From Eukaryota sp. TZLM1-RC (taxonomy: Eukaryota; Protista; Metamonada: BaSk clade), in assembly GCA_040285825.1 (NCBI GenBank), contig JAUPSS010000005.1:372001-436000 (forward strand): 64,000 nucleotides of DNA. Reading direction: 5' to 3'. A program made the translations under genes and the position numbers. How positions within the stretch are numbered: position 1 is the stretch's first letter; the number at the start of each line of letters is the position of its first letter. Shown here one piece after another: positions 1-11,800 of this stretch. Below the pieces are notes generated by a model, which saw only the letters and a list, made by a program, of their open reading frames with translations, was not told where the DNA came from and made no database searches.

Positions 1-798
1 ACTATTGAGTTCATGATCAGACATTCGAAAAATAGGTTTCACCGTCTCGTGCTTGTCTGGTGAAACAAGATTTTTTTTGATTTTCAAAGCAACGATGAAC
101 CAGTGACAAAAATGTTCGAAGAAATTGTTGCCGAATATAGATCATATAGGAAGTGTAGATATTGGTCACACAATGATCCAAAATTCGAGTTACTCCTTGG
201 TCACTGACATGAGTATAGATCGAGGGCAACTGTGGGTAATAATGGTCAATATAAATATTAGTCATTATAAGTCTGAAAGTTTGAGCATTTTGGCCCGATG
301 ATTTGGCCCGATGATATCTGTTGAAGAAAATCATTGACATCAAAACTTGCTCTCTAATCTTGTTTTAAATGACAATATTTTATGTCACATGTTTATCATC
401 CATACAGTCTCTTCAAGAAGATCCTTGGAAAACCAGACTGGTTCGTCATGATTGAGACGACAATCCAAGTAATACAGTTTGATTAATAAATAAGTCTTCT
501 TACAATATTGCCTATATAACCAACGATCTCTTGAATCCTGTTTGAAGTTTGTTGTCAGAAACCAAATTTTTGATATCCAAATTGATAATTTTCATTGAAA
601 TCTTTTTAATAGTTTTTTTAATAGTTTTTGGATATCAGGTTTCAAGAAACAGTCAATTGTTTCGAAAACCAAAACAGTTCCCTGAAAACAATAATAAAGC
701 AATTCTTCGTCTCTATCAAACCAGGCATTTTCAATGGCCTCCAACAATTTTAATATTCAGGGTGGATTGGGTTTTTTTCTTGCCCTTTTCTCGCTCAA

Positions 799-1310
799 TC
801 AGTTCATGCTTACCTTCTTTTTCAGCAAGCATGAAGCAACATTAGATAAACTATTTCCAGCACTACGTAAATAGAAAATGTTGCATAATTGAAGAGTATC
901 AATAATTTTGAATTTATATACATCCTCAATGAATGGATTCAAAATACCATTTAATGGTTAAGATAAATTCTTTTTTGAATAAATCCTTGCCATAAATGAT
1001 AGAACGACTTTTCAAAGTGGCATAATCAAACTGTTTGATGTTATGTCCAGCCAAATAGTCTGGTTGATGATTATTCAGGCATTTATCAAAATTATAGATC
1101 ATTGAAAGTTCATGTGGAAATAGATGAACAAAAGTATCTGAACAATCATCAGATACGGAAAAAGACAGATAATAATCAGTGGAAGCCACAAAAAAATGTT
1201 TCTGCTTCTTAATTATTTGCGAAACATTTGAGTCAAATTCCGCAACGATAAGTTTGATAGCCTCTTCTTCATGAGAAACGTAAGGTGGCTTTGGGAAAAT
1301 ATTTGTTTTT
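799..1310 (-). pseudogene. Decayed family-B DNA polymerase, 3'-5' exonuclease domain fragment
   Basis: ORF 926-1189 has an ExoII-like motif (FPHELSMIYNFDKCLNNHQPDYLAGHNIKQFDYATLKSRS). The upstream extension reads IFPKPPYVSHEEEAIKLI. After a frameshift it reads KIIDTLQLCNIFYLRSAGNSLSNVASCLLKKK, like the PolB 'D...Y.L.SY.L..VA...L...K' segment. Broken by frameshift and stops. Confidence 0.65.
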
Positions 1311-1659
1311 TGTTACTGAATTTCCTTAATCTGGCCTAATTTTGTGAATTTTTGTTGAAAAGAATCAATTTTGGCATCAGTTTCTGACAAAGAATTAGTA
1401 AAATTAGAATTAGTAATTGAATTGACAATGTTTTGACACTCTGTTTTAATTAATCTTGTTTTTGGGTTGTCTTTTTGAAACTGACAAGTGACCAAAAATT
1501 TGAAACATTCAACTTTGTGATTGAAATTTTGTCCATAATGTTGAATATCCTTGTCAAAATTTGGTAAAAATCTACATTATTGAAAAAAACTATATTATAA
1601 TTAAAGACTAAGAAAACTAACAAAACTTAAATAATAAAAAGTTGGGAAAACTACCAAAT

Positions 1660-4600
1660 TCATCTTCTTCTTTTCTTTTCAGGTTCCAACTTTATACTAA
1701 CTTTATTTCTATACATTTTATTTTCTTCAGCTTTTCTTTTTCTATTTTCCCTCTTTCCTTTTGTTCTATTTAGAGTTTGTCTGGCAGCTTCAGCAGGGTC
1801 AACTATAGTCAAAACGTCACGTTCTTGCTGACGTTTACGTTTCATTTCTGCACGTTCTGTTTGAATTTCTGATAGTGTTGAGATAAACAGCCCAGATTCT
1901 GACCGTTTACGAAGACTTTCAACTACTTCTGTGGCAACATCGCGTGTTTCTTGGGAAATCTGAAGACCGCCAGTATCATCAGTAATAATCGAAAGAGCTT
2001 CTAGATAATTTCTTAAAAACGGAACAATAAATTCTTCATACTGATTAATCAAGACAGAAATTAATTTAACAATTAAAAATCTTAATTTATCAGGACTTTT
2101 TGGATGTCTAGCCATTTTAGTTAATTTGATTATAAACAACTTGACTGCATTTGAACTATTAAATTCAATTTCATCTTTTTCAATATCGTCAGATCCAAAT
2201 TCCAAGTTTGTAATCAAATCTCTCATAAATGAAGGAACTTCATCACGAACCTTGATTTCAAAAGAATTCTGATAGAAGATCCAGCTTTTAGAGCTACTAT
2301 CAATCGATAGTTCTGGATTACAAGAAGAAATATGAATAAGTTGCATTAAACATTCAATTATTTTAGGAATATAATTTGACTCGTAAATGGATGGTAGTGA
2401 ACTAATGATTCTGCTTGTGACAACTTTAATCACACCTGGAGTTGAAAGGAAACTATCACGTGACCCTGAGCTATTATTGAGCTTGTTGTCACGATAGGCC
2501 AAAACTTGGGAGAAAATGGAAGAAATGAGACCTAATAATTGTGGTCGATCAAAAAACCTCAAACAAGTCAATAATAAAGGACCAGAGTCGACCAAAATCT
2601 CGTGAGAATGAGCAATTGGCAAAACTTTGAATACTTCATCTAAATAACCAAATGATCCAATAATAATATCAATTAAAGGATCAAGTCTACTCTTGTAGGT
2701 CACAATTTGACCCTTGATTCGCTCAATATTATCTTGACCTTCAAAGACTTCTTCGTTGGCTTTATGATCCTTAAATTCTTTCATTAAATCTGATTGCAAA
2801 TCACGAATTAAAATCCATAAAGCAAAAGCTGTGGAAGTTGATGACGTCATAAGCTCAGAAATGAGGGCCATAAATTCCGAATGATGACGTGACCACTTGT
2901 CGGTTGATTGTGTTGACTTAACCAGAATTTTGATTGCAATAAGGCCAATATTTTGATAGACAAATTTGGTATTTTCATCTTCATTGTTCAACCATTGTCG
3001 TGCATAGTCAACACACGTGTCAAATAGCTCAAAATTATCACGTAACCGCTCACAAAGCAAGACCCCCGTTGACTGCATCATTTCTTTAATTAAAAAGACT
3101 TTTTCCTTTGAAATTTGTAAAGCCAAACTCATAAACAGAACACCATAAAATTCAGAGACTTGTGACATACTGAAATTTTCAATCAAAAGATACAAACATT
3201 CGACTACAGCTTCTCTTCCTGAATCTAAATCGTATCCCAAATTACCAACCAAAATACCAATCAAATCTGATTGATTTTTGACCTTATATTGTTCTCTTGT
3301 CAGATAATAAGCTAAAATTTCGCCCATTAGTTTTCTACTTGAAGCCATAGGACTAGTCAACAGAATTCTGATTGATTGCTTTCCCATCAATTTTGATACT
3401 TCTTTTTGAGCTTTTCCCTTGAAAACTATTGACTTAACCAAACCCAATCCAACATCAATCTGTTTTGAATCAATCAACTTTGTTCGACAAAAGTTAACAA
3501 TCAAATCATAATCACCTTCCTTTTCTTCATCATTTCCTGTCCTTTCTAGCATTGCGGCAAGTGCTTTGGCTAATGAAGGTCGAAGGGAGTTATTAACCCC
3601 CCGTCTGAGGAAGTCCATCAAAAGATTGGCAATCGGCGACAAAGTTTCCGAATCAAATTCGAGATCTTGTCGTTTCAATGCAAGATTTACTGATTTAAGG
3701 AACAGCTCAATAATGTCCTTTGATGACGTGTTGGCAGTCACAGTGCTGACAAGATCGGTCAAAAGGGTCGAAATTGTTTGAGAAAATGATTGGTCAATGA
3801 TTTTCTTTTTGAGCGTTCCAACCAAAAGTGACCCTGCTATAAAGGTAATTAAAGACATTGCTCTTTCAGAATCACAAGTTGTTTTAACATAAGAGAAATC
3901 AACAGTTGGTGGAATCTTAAAAGTAGTTTCATAAGTAGGTCTTTCAATAGTATTTGCAAACAAGTCATCTAACGAATGTGTACTGTGTTCAGAACGTTGA
4001 ATGACAGATTTTCCGTCTTTGAAACCATAAAGTTTGGAAAATTTGACGACAGTTGGTACATTTGTGGCGTAATCGTTCCAATGGAGGAGACAATAAACAA
4101 ATGAAAACAAATCGGCAGTGGTTGCCGTTGTAGAGTTCAAAAACCCACTGATTAATGAGCTAGCAAGGGACTCGAGGCGACTTATTTGATCTAGTGACGT
4201 AACAGATTTGGCAGCAGTGCTCAAAGTTGAAATCATTACGGTACTACTGGAAAAGTTAATTCTACTGGCCAGCACTCTAATCAAATCAAAACTGATTTTT
4301 GCCCCACTTTCGCGTCCTTTTTGAGCTAATGACGTAACGTTCTTCTCTTCGCCTACCCCGCCAATTATTTCTTCAAACACCAACTCTAAGACATCAGAAA
4401 CAATCAAATCAAGCCAATCAGAATAATCACTTTCCAATTCCATCAATTTTGATAGAATATGATGAATAGTATAAGTAGCAACATGTCGATCAAACCCTCT
4501 TTCTAATCCTTTTTTAATGGTACGTACGACTGAATCCAAATACTTTCCTTCAAACCTCAACACTACTTTTGCCAATGCATCTCTACTCTTGTCTCTTGTT

Positions 4601-7600
4601 GCCTGCTCCTCGTCCCTAAGAGCATCAACAAGTAGATGAACAAGCCTGGGAAGCTTAGTTAGTGCCATGTCATCTGGTAATAACAACAGTAGCGATGCAT
4701 AAGATTTGGCAAGAGGAGCGCGTGAGATTCCTCGGTTTCGACGGGATTTCTTTTTTTCTATTGTAGTATCAGTTTTCGGTTTGTATCGTAACAAACGAAG
4801 TAAAAGGGGCAAAATTCTTCGAAGCAAGCAATCAAAAGCTTGCTGATTGGAAATGATTGATGATTTATGATCTGAATTTTTGAACATGGAGTCTTCACGT
4901 TTCTGTTCAACTTCTGATTCACTTTCAGTTTCACTCTCAGTTTCAGAATCAGAATCGTCATCAGTTACGTCATCATCAGAGTCAATGACGTCATCGGTTT
5001 CCATTGGAGTTGTTTGTTCTTCAGTTTTCTCAAAAAGCTCAAAGTGCCAGCTCATGATCACGTGATCCACGCACGTCATCAGATTGGATTCTAAAACCTT
5101 TATCTCTTCCTCCCGAACTCTCCTTCGCAGAACTTTACCTGGATTATTGATCGCACGCAAAAGCTTTAGTAAAAATGAATAATAATTTTTAAAAACTAAA
5201 CGCCTGCAAATTTGGGGGAGAAGTTCGGAAACTCCCTCAATCAATCCTTGATCAGAATTCTTAACACAGTCAGAAATAATGGCAACTACGACTGGGACGA
5301 AAAATTGGGTTAGATTGGCTTGGGTGACGTCATTTGATTGATTTGATTCAAAAATCTTAGCGATTTGCTTCAAGGCTTTAAATTTTGAATGGTTCTGAAC
5401 ATGACCCAAATTAGCAATAGGGCAACTGTCAACTGCATCTGACGTGAACAGTTTTAAACCGGAAACTGAATTAGGAGCTGATGGGAGTCGAATCAGTTGC
5501 CTAAATAAGACCAAAAATTCAGCTCTCACTAGTTTATTTGATTGATTACAATTTGATCTAATCAAGGGTGCCAAAATTGGTAACAATACCGAATGCCGGA
5601 GTACTTCGTGACTACTGGCAAATGAAATAAACTCTGTTAAAACAAATGAACAAGATTGGCGTAATGGAATATCATTGGAGATAATTAATGACTGAAGCAC
5701 TGAATAAATTATTGGAAGTGTGGAAAAGGGATCAGAGAAGAGATCATTTTGACTGTGTTTGATTTGATCTACAATTTGCTGACACGCTGAGCTTCTGGTA
5801 GCGTGATCAACGTCTCCATTCTCGCAAAAAGAATTTAAATCAGTAATAATTGAATAAAATGAAGAATTGAAACAAGTAATTGAATTATAAACCGAAACTA
5901 AATTCAAAACAGCATCTCTACTTCTTAGCACCATAAACAACTTTGGTAGAGCAGTCAAAAATGGTGACGTGTCAAGTGACTGTGATGACGTGATAAGACA
6001 CTTTGAAGTAACCTCCAAGAGCATAGAGGCAACTGATTCTGTAGAACAGTTAACAACGACGGGACAAATTGACTCTAATACTGCATCTGTGTTCTTAGAG
6101 TCCATAAAAGGAATCATTTTCATTAATATATTTAAATGTTCAAGAAAATGTTTGGAATTTAATCGTTTCCTCGTGACTTTTGAAGTAAATAAAAGGTTAA
6201 TCATAGCTGAAGTGATTAGCTCAGAATTATCACGTAGAAATGTCGAGAAAACGTCATCATTTTCGGCTTGATTAATAATCATTTGTAGAATTTTCAGTGT
6301 CCACGTACTAAGTTTGATTTGGGCCATTGTCGTTGATTTTAAAGGTAATTCAAGTATTTTGACAATTAAATCACTTTTGCGAATCAATAGAGAGAGTAAA
6401 GTACTGTTGCTAGACAAAATGAACAAAGATTCATAAAATTTAGGTGAAATAGAAATCAATCTATCAAATGACACGTCATCAGTAAGAATTTTGGATGAAA
6501 TGTTCAGAAAACCAGTGAAAATTTCCTCAAAGCAATGTGAAAAACGTTCAAAGAAGGCTACAAAAATGCCAAAAGATTCAACGATTCTGTTCCAAAATAA
6601 TCCTTTAATTTGATTTCCTTTTGAATAATAAACCGAATTCGAAACAAATGTGGCATTCATAATTAAAAATTTGAGCTTGAAAAATTCAAAAAGCCATGTT
6701 AACGACTGCCTTCCTAAATGGGCATAGATTGATTGAAGCATGTTAAGGAAACCAATGGACACTGATACCGGAATGAGATTGATTAATTGATCAACTGTTT
6801 CCTGGGTTGGTGAAGGTACTGGAATAAGATTGGCATGTGTAAAAGGAAGAACAATTTGATTGAAGAAGGGGTCGAGGTCATTTAAACCGGTCAAAAATGA
6901 CGTGATTATTGACCTAACACGTGATTGATTAATCTTTGCCCCTGGATTAACTCCATCTATATTCATAACATAATGACCTCCCTTCCTGAACAACCTACCA
7001 ATCAAAATTGATAGTAAACGTGGTAAGATTACCTTTCGTACTTCTAAAGTCACCATTGTTGAACTTTCGGAAACATCAAAACTAGTGAGCTCAGTCCTGA
7101 AAGTGTCTTCGCTGACTATTCTGGAAAGATTTGGTAAGACTGATCTGAGTGCAATACGTTCATGCTCCAGAGTATAACAACCAAGACATCTGATGGCAAG
7201 GTATTGGATGGATGGATCAGGATGAGAGAGGAAGCGGTCAAAAATGGGGGTTAATGACTGAGTGTGGGTCTCAATGATTTTGGCAGGTAACGTCATATCA
7301 GTGGCTTTTTGACCTTTTTGTTTCTTTTCTTTAACAGAAAGACCTCCAATTGAAGAAAAACATCGTAATAACCAAGCAAAAACCTTCAATTTAAACCGAT
7401 CTTGATTAAATGATTCGGTCAAAATTCTGACTAATCGGTCAAAAAGATTTTGAACTGGTGTTTGACCCTTAATATTTGACCGGATGACATCAGCTGCTGA
7501 ATCAATGGTTTTTAAAATGCAAATTATTTGATCTTCAATAGAGGTTATTTTGAAAACTGCGTCCGAATTCGGCACTATCTGTATTGTGTCAATCAAATCA

Positions 7601-9753
7601 TCAATCAAATGTGATTGTTGACTAGAAGACTGGGAAGTCAGGTCAGATAAATGATCGCCAATCAAATTGATTGAATGATTGCGGAATTTTGATCTAAAGC
7701 ACGTGACCAAAAGGTACTGACATGACTGCCAAGCTGGTGTAAAGGAAATTTTGAAGAAAGAAACTGTACACGTCACCAAAAGCTCAATCAAATTTTCATT
7801 TAAACCATTGTACTCTACGTGTGACACAATTTTACCAATATTTGAACTAAAATTTCGTCCACTTAAATCAAAAATATTTTCAAAGCAAACTAATAAATCA
7901 TTTGCCATGTTGTATTCAATTCCTATTAAATCACTATAAGGCCCTTCTTCATCGTTGTAATTAAATTCAAACCACTTACAAAGAGATAATAATTTTAAGG
8001 AGTGGTATGTGATAAATGGATCTGAGAAGGAGCAAATTTTGGTGAGGGTTGTTAAACTTTCAGTGGTGAGCTCTCCTTGAGCTGTTCTCAAAATATTGGT
8101 TAAAGTAGCAATAAAATAGTGGTTGTGGTTATTACTTTTCAAAGATTCAATACACGAAACAAGTATATCTAATCTTGAATTCTGTTGGAATTTCTTAAAA
8201 AATTCATCCTTGAAACAAGCGCAGGTTAATTGGCTAATGAAAAAACAAAGTCTCGAGAATTCCAGAGAGAATTGATTAGATTGGGTCAAAAACATGGTTA
8301 ATTGGCCATATAAATGATTAATAAAACTATCATTTAAATCAGAAGACATAATTTCCAAAGACAACAGATATTTAATAAATAAAGTGGTTAATTCAGCCCA
8401 CTTATCTAAATTATTAAATATAGAATTCACAAAAACTAAAGAAAGTTTGTTAGTGTCAACTTTGAATCCGTTCATTAATTTTAAAGAAGAAATAACCGAA
8501 ATAATTAAATCCTCGTGTTTTAAATAATGAATTAAATTATTAAACACGGTAATGAAAAACAAACTTGTTTTAGAATTAATCACACTATTTGATAACCAAG
8601 TCAAGTCTGTTTTTAAGGTTAATTCTGTTGCTATGTGGGCTAAGTTGTAGAGTAATTCATCAATAAATAGAGAAATGGAATTATTGATTATTTTAAATAA
8701 ATTGATGATAAAACTTGAATCAACTTGACCATCTAATGCCAGCTTTGATTGGCTGGTGATAAAATTAAATATACTTGGGTAGAAGTCAACAGAAGTCTTG
8801 GGAAAATGACGTGATATGGTCATAAAAATGATTGGTTTTGAAATGAATAATTCGAAAAATGGGGTAATTGTCTCAGCATTACCATGATTTGCTACTAGGT
8901 CAAAAAACAAAGGAAATGATGACGTTATTGGCTCAAAATTAACCAAGTTACTTATAATATCAAAACTTTTTGAATGGAAGTGTGGAGAACTCGATTTAAT
9001 TAATTCAAATAAAAATGTGGAAAACCCGCAGAAAAAATTGTCGGTTAGTTCGGTTTTTGATTGGGAAACCAACGTCATGATTAGATCAGAAATCACGTCA
9101 CCATTGACCTTCATTGACCTAAATAATGCTGCAAAAGACTGAGCAAATAAATTCCTCAAATAGTCATGCTTTTTTCCTAATAGCTCAATAATGACGTCAC
9201 CATGACACGTCATCAGCTCCGAATTCGCGAGAAAAGAAATCATTCTAAATATTATCGATATTGCCCTAAAAGTGGTTTCTATACGTGCAGGTAAAACAAG
9301 CTTGTCATCCAAAGGAGAGCAAATTTGATGTAAAATAAGTCCTAATTTGGCAGCTAAAAGTTCCGGAAAATCTTGGGTTAATGCACATAGGATAGCGAGG
9401 AAAGAGTCTGGACTAAGAAGCGAAGGGGAAGTGAGCGGGGTGATGACGTGATTGATGACGTCATCAAAGTTCTCAGAGGTGATGGAGGGAAGAGAAGTGA
9501 GGTATGAGTGGAGAGATTTAAAGTCAAAAGTACAATCGAGATCCGACCATTTGACTAGGGCTTGTTGGGTGTAACTGTGGTCAAGGGAAGCTGGTTTAGT
9601 TGAGAGAAGAGCATCAGAGGAGTGAGATGATGTTTTGTAGGATCCCGATACTCGCAAAGACCGAACTGACTGGTTGAAAGAGTGGAACTTGAAACGACGA
9701 CCACCGTCAGATATGACAGCAGCCTTTAGCTTGCCATGTTGATGGCTAGCCAT
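1660..9753 (-). CDS. UTP20: U3 snoRNP / SSU processome HEAT-repeat protein UTP20
   Basis: Intact 2697-aa ORF. N-term 'RFKFHSFNQSVRSL...LVKWSDLDCTFDF'. DUF6700-like 'LRDEEQATRDKSRDAL...LERGFDRHVATYTIH'. 'GNLGYDLDSGREAV'. Basic C-term 'DPAEAARQ...KRENRKRK'. Confidence 0.93.
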   Translation of the reverse strand: MASHQHGKLKAAVISDGGRRFKFHSFNQSVRSLRVSGSYKTSSHSSDALLSTKPASLDHSYTQQALVKWSDLDCTFDFKSLHSYLTSLPSITSENFDDVINHVITPLTSPSLLSPDSFLAILCALTQDFPELLAAKLGLILHQICSPLDDKLVLPARIETTFRAISIIFRMISFLANSELMTCHGDVIIELLGKKHDYLRNLFAQSFAALFRSMKVNGDVISDLIMTLVSQSKTELTDNFFCGFSTFLFELIKSSSPHFHSKSFDIISNLVNFEPITSSFPLFFDLVANHGNAETITPFFELFISKPIIFMTISRHFPKTSVDFYPSIFNFITSQSKLALDGQVDSSFIINLFKIINNSISLFIDELLYNLAHIATELTLKTDLTWLSNSVINSKTSLFFITVFNNLIHYLKHEDLIISVISSLKLMNGFKVDTNKLSLVFVNSIFNNLDKWAELTTLFIKYLLSLEIMSSDLNDSFINHLYGQLTMFLTQSNQFSLEFSRLCFFISQLTCACFKDEFFKKFQQNSRLDILVSCIESLKSNNHNHYFIATLTNILRTAQGELTTESLTTLTKICSFSDPFITYHSLKLLSLCKWFEFNYNDEEGPYSDLIGIEYNMANDLLVCFENIFDLSGRNFSSNIGKIVSHVEYNGLNENLIELLVTCTVSFFKISFTPAWQSCQYLLVTCFRSKFRNHSINLIGDHLSDLTSQSSSQQSHLIDDLIDTIQIVPNSDAVFKITSIEDQIICILKTIDSAADVIRSNIKGQTPVQNLFDRLVRILTESFNQDRFKLKVFAWLLRCFSSIGGLSVKEKKQKGQKATDMTLPAKIIETHTQSLTPIFDRFLSHPDPSIQYLAIRCLGCYTLEHERIALRSVLPNLSRIVSEDTFRTELTSFDVSESSTMVTLEVRKVILPRLLSILIGRLFRKGGHYVMNIDGVNPGAKINQSRVRSIITSFLTGLNDLDPFFNQIVLPFTHANLIPVPSPTQETVDQLINLIPVSVSIGFLNMLQSIYAHLGRQSLTWLFEFFKLKFLIMNATFVSNSVYYSKGNQIKGLFWNRIVESFGIFVAFFERFSHCFEEIFTGFLNISSKILTDDVSFDRLISISPKFYESLFILSSNSTLLSLLIRKSDLIVKILELPLKSTTMAQIKLSTWTLKILQMIINQAENDDVFSTFLRDNSELITSAMINLLFTSKVTRKRLNSKHFLEHLNILMKMIPFMDSKNTDAVLESICPVVVNCSTESVASMLLEVTSKCLITSSQSLDTSPFLTALPKLFMVLRSRDAVLNLVSVYNSITCFNSSFYSIITDLNSFCENGDVDHATRSSACQQIVDQIKHSQNDLFSDPFSTLPIIYSVLQSLIISNDIPLRQSCSFVLTEFISFASSHEVLRHSVLLPILAPLIRSNCNQSNKLVRAEFLVLFRQLIRLPSAPNSVSGLKLFTSDAVDSCPIANLGHVQNHSKFKALKQIAKIFESNQSNDVTQANLTQFFVPVVVAIISDCVKNSDQGLIEGVSELLPQICRRLVFKNYYSFLLKLLRAINNPGKVLRRRVREEEIKVLESNLMTCVDHVIMSWHFELFEKTEEQTTPMETDDVIDSDDDVTDDDSDSETESETESESEVEQKREDSMFKNSDHKSSIISNQQAFDCLLRRILPLLLRLLRYKPKTDTTIEKKKSRRNRGISRAPLAKSYASLLLLLPDDMALTKLPRLVHLLVDALRDEEQATRDKSRDALAKVVLRFEGKYLDSVVRTIKKGLERGFDRHVATYTIHHILSKLMELESDYSDWLDLIVSDVLELVFEEIIGGVGEEKNVTSLAQKGRESGAKISFDLIRVLASRINFSSSTVMISTLSTAAKSVTSLDQISRLESLASSLISGFLNSTTATTADLFSFVYCLLHWNDYATNVPTVVKFSKLYGFKDGKSVIQRSEHSTHSLDDLFANTIERPTYETTFKIPPTVDFSYVKTTCDSERAMSLITFIAGSLLVGTLKKKIIDQSFSQTISTLLTDLVSTVTANTSSKDIIELFLKSVNLALKRQDLEFDSETLSPIANLLMDFLRRGVNNSLRPSLAKALAAMLERTGNDEEKEGDYDLIVNFCRTKLIDSKQIDVGLGLVKSIVFKGKAQKEVSKLMGKQSIRILLTSPMASSRKLMGEILAYYLTREQYKVKNQSDLIGILVGNLGYDLDSGREAVVECLYLLIENFSMSQVSEFYGVLFMSLALQISKEKVFLIKEMMQSTGVLLCERLRDNFELFDTCVDYARQWLNNEDENTKFVYQNIGLIAIKILVKSTQSTDKWSRHHSEFMALISELMTSSTSTAFALWILIRDLQSDLMKEFKDHKANEEVFEGQDNIERIKGQIVTYKSRLDPLIDIIIGSFGYLDEVFKVLPIAHSHEILVDSGPLLLTCLRFFDRPQLLGLISSIFSQVLAYRDNKLNNSSGSRDSFLSTPGVIKVVTSRIISSLPSIYESNYIPKIIECLMQLIHISSCNPELSIDSSSKSWIFYQNSFEIKVRDEVPSFMRDLITNLEFGSDDIEKDEIEFNSSNAVKLFIIKLTKMARHPKSPDKLRFLIVKLISVLINQYEEFIVPFLRNYLEALSIITDDTGGLQISQETRDVATEVVESLRKRSESGLFISTLSEIQTERAEMKRKRQQERDVLTIVDPAEAARQTLNRTKGKRENRKRKAEENKMYRNKVSIKLEPEKKRRR

Positions 9754-9796
9754 GCAAAAGAATCAAGATTAAAAAAATAAGTTTTCAATTTGTGTT

Positions 9797-11370
9797 TTCC
9801 AGCATTCCACAATAATTGATGATATTGAAATTCAAGCCAAATTATATTCAATTAATGCTATTCGTCATTTGGGTTCGTTTTTAGGAAATAATGATGAAAT
9901 TACCAAAAAATTGTTTGAAAAGTTGAACTCAATTTCTGACAAAATTGACCGAATGATGAATTTAGATATAAAAAAACACATCAAATTTACCATTATAAGA
10001 CTGTGTTTTAGTTCCAACATTAATCATATATTTCGATCTACAAATCCTCTCGTCACTAGGCCTTTGGCTCAAAAGTTTAATGAGTTACGTGCAAAAGTTC
10101 TGTCTCAATTACTGGGATGTACAATGTTTCAAATTCCAGATCATGCTTACCTTAGTCCACATTATGGTGGTTTAGGGTGGACGAAGGCTTCTATTCTTAC
10201 CTCGTGTGCTTTTGTTGGTGGATGCAGAAATGCAATCTTTGAGTTTTCCGAAAGATTTGCAGATTGGGAAGATTTATTGATGACAACGCAAAGTTCCACT
10301 GTTTTTGCATTAAATGAAGAAATTTCAAGAATTGATGTATCAAAATGGGGTCGATGTTTTCCCCAATCATTCAATGGCAATATTCCAGAAAAAAATGTTT
10401 TAAATTTGAAGTACACTCTTCGAACATTACAGAAAAGATTGACTGGAATGTATGAAAAAGATCTTTATAATAATATTTGCAGCTCGGCTGTTTTAAATCA
10501 AGATCTTCACTCATTGTTATTGGAAAAGGGTGTTTGTGAAAACAAGGCGTCAGATTCTTCACTTTTTGTAACCATTGTACCACGAAGATTTGGATTGTGT
10601 GCCACTAATGAAGCATTTGTAACAAAAATGAGATTATATTTGAACATCCCCATTAACCAATTATTATCAAAAGAAAAATGTATTTGTTCGAATTCACCTC
10701 AACTCACTTTGCGCCATGCTCTGAATTGCTCTAAATTGATAACTTATCGTTCTTCATTACATGATGCTGTTAGAGACACTGTTTTCAATATGGCACAAAC
10801 TGCAAGGATATCGTGTATCAAAGAGCCCCTGCTGAAGGAAACACTTTCTCTGAATAATTTTGGTTCTGATGATAGAGGTAATGTATACTGTGATTGGATT
10901 GATAATTCTGAAGCTATTGTTGACTTTGTCTCATGTAATGTTGCAAACGATACTTTGGTTCACAGAAGAAAACTTAATCCTGTGGCTGCTCTGGATTTTA
11001 AAGCAAAAGAAAAACATAGAAAATATGATAAAGAAATTGAAGATGCAAATGTCGATAGAAATACACAGCTGGTTTTTATTGCTTTCCCATTTTCGATAAA
11101 TGGAAGATTATCAGTTGAAGTAGAAACTTTTTTGGATGACTTCCAAAAAATGGTGAAAGAAAAAACAATGAAAAGATTTGATATTTTTTATGGCGTTCAC
11201 GGATTCAATTTGCCATTATTAACAGATTACCTCGGTTTTTCAATCGAATTAGAGAAGCTTTAGCTAGAAAGCAAGCAAATCAAGATTGTGTAGAGGAAAT
11301 CTTGGTTTAATGATAGTCGTCCCATTAGTTATGATTTAATTTAATCAAGTGTGCAAATTCAATAAATACG
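9797..11370 (+). mobile_element. 5'-truncated CRE/SLACS-like non-LTR retrotransposon, family A (RT C-terminus, CCHC, RLE endonuclease)
   Basis: ORF 9869-11263: GGLG thumb motif, CICS..HALNC zinc knuckle, RSSLHDAVRD, and RLE-type 'EPLL...RG(N/D)V...IVDFV...KEKHRKY...FPFSINGR'. Near-identical to copies at 40930-41900 and 44630-46270. Confidence 0.9.
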
Positions 11371-11599
11371 ATGTTAATAGTATTCACTAATTGAATCGAT
11401 TCTGACTTAGATTCATTTTCCCCAACTAGGATGAGCGTGGATGAAACCTTATTCTTACAATAAGAGAGTATGGATTTTTCTTCTCCAAGATGTTCAACAT
11501 TACACTGTGTTTTGTGCAAATGTGTTAACTTGCAGAAAATCCTAAAAGGGATTCAATTGAAGAAGCAAAAAGCCATATTGTTTTAAATAATATATATTT

Positions 11600-11770
11600 A
11601 TTAAACTTCTTATAAATCAACATCCCCTTAAGAATCGAATACACAATTCTACTTTGCCAAAACAATCTGCCAAATTTTTCTTGGTGCTTTTCTTTACATT
11701 TATTTCCAAATCACGCAAAACGTAAAAAACGTAAAGCCGTGGGAGCAAGTGAACCAAATGAAGAAAATAC
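11600..11770 (-). mobile_element. Short 3' fragment of CRE-like family C
   Basis: Nucleotide similarity to 19300-19480 (atcccctta..acacaattcta..ttgccaaaacaatct..aagtgaaccaaa). Confidence 0.7.
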
Positions 11771-11800
11771 AGATACACATTCATTTATTTTCCAGATAAA

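Noticed and set aside
3566-7939. Short antisense or overlapping ORFs within UTP20 and other long genes and TEs
   Set aside because: Shadow ORFs of real coding sequence with no domain signal.
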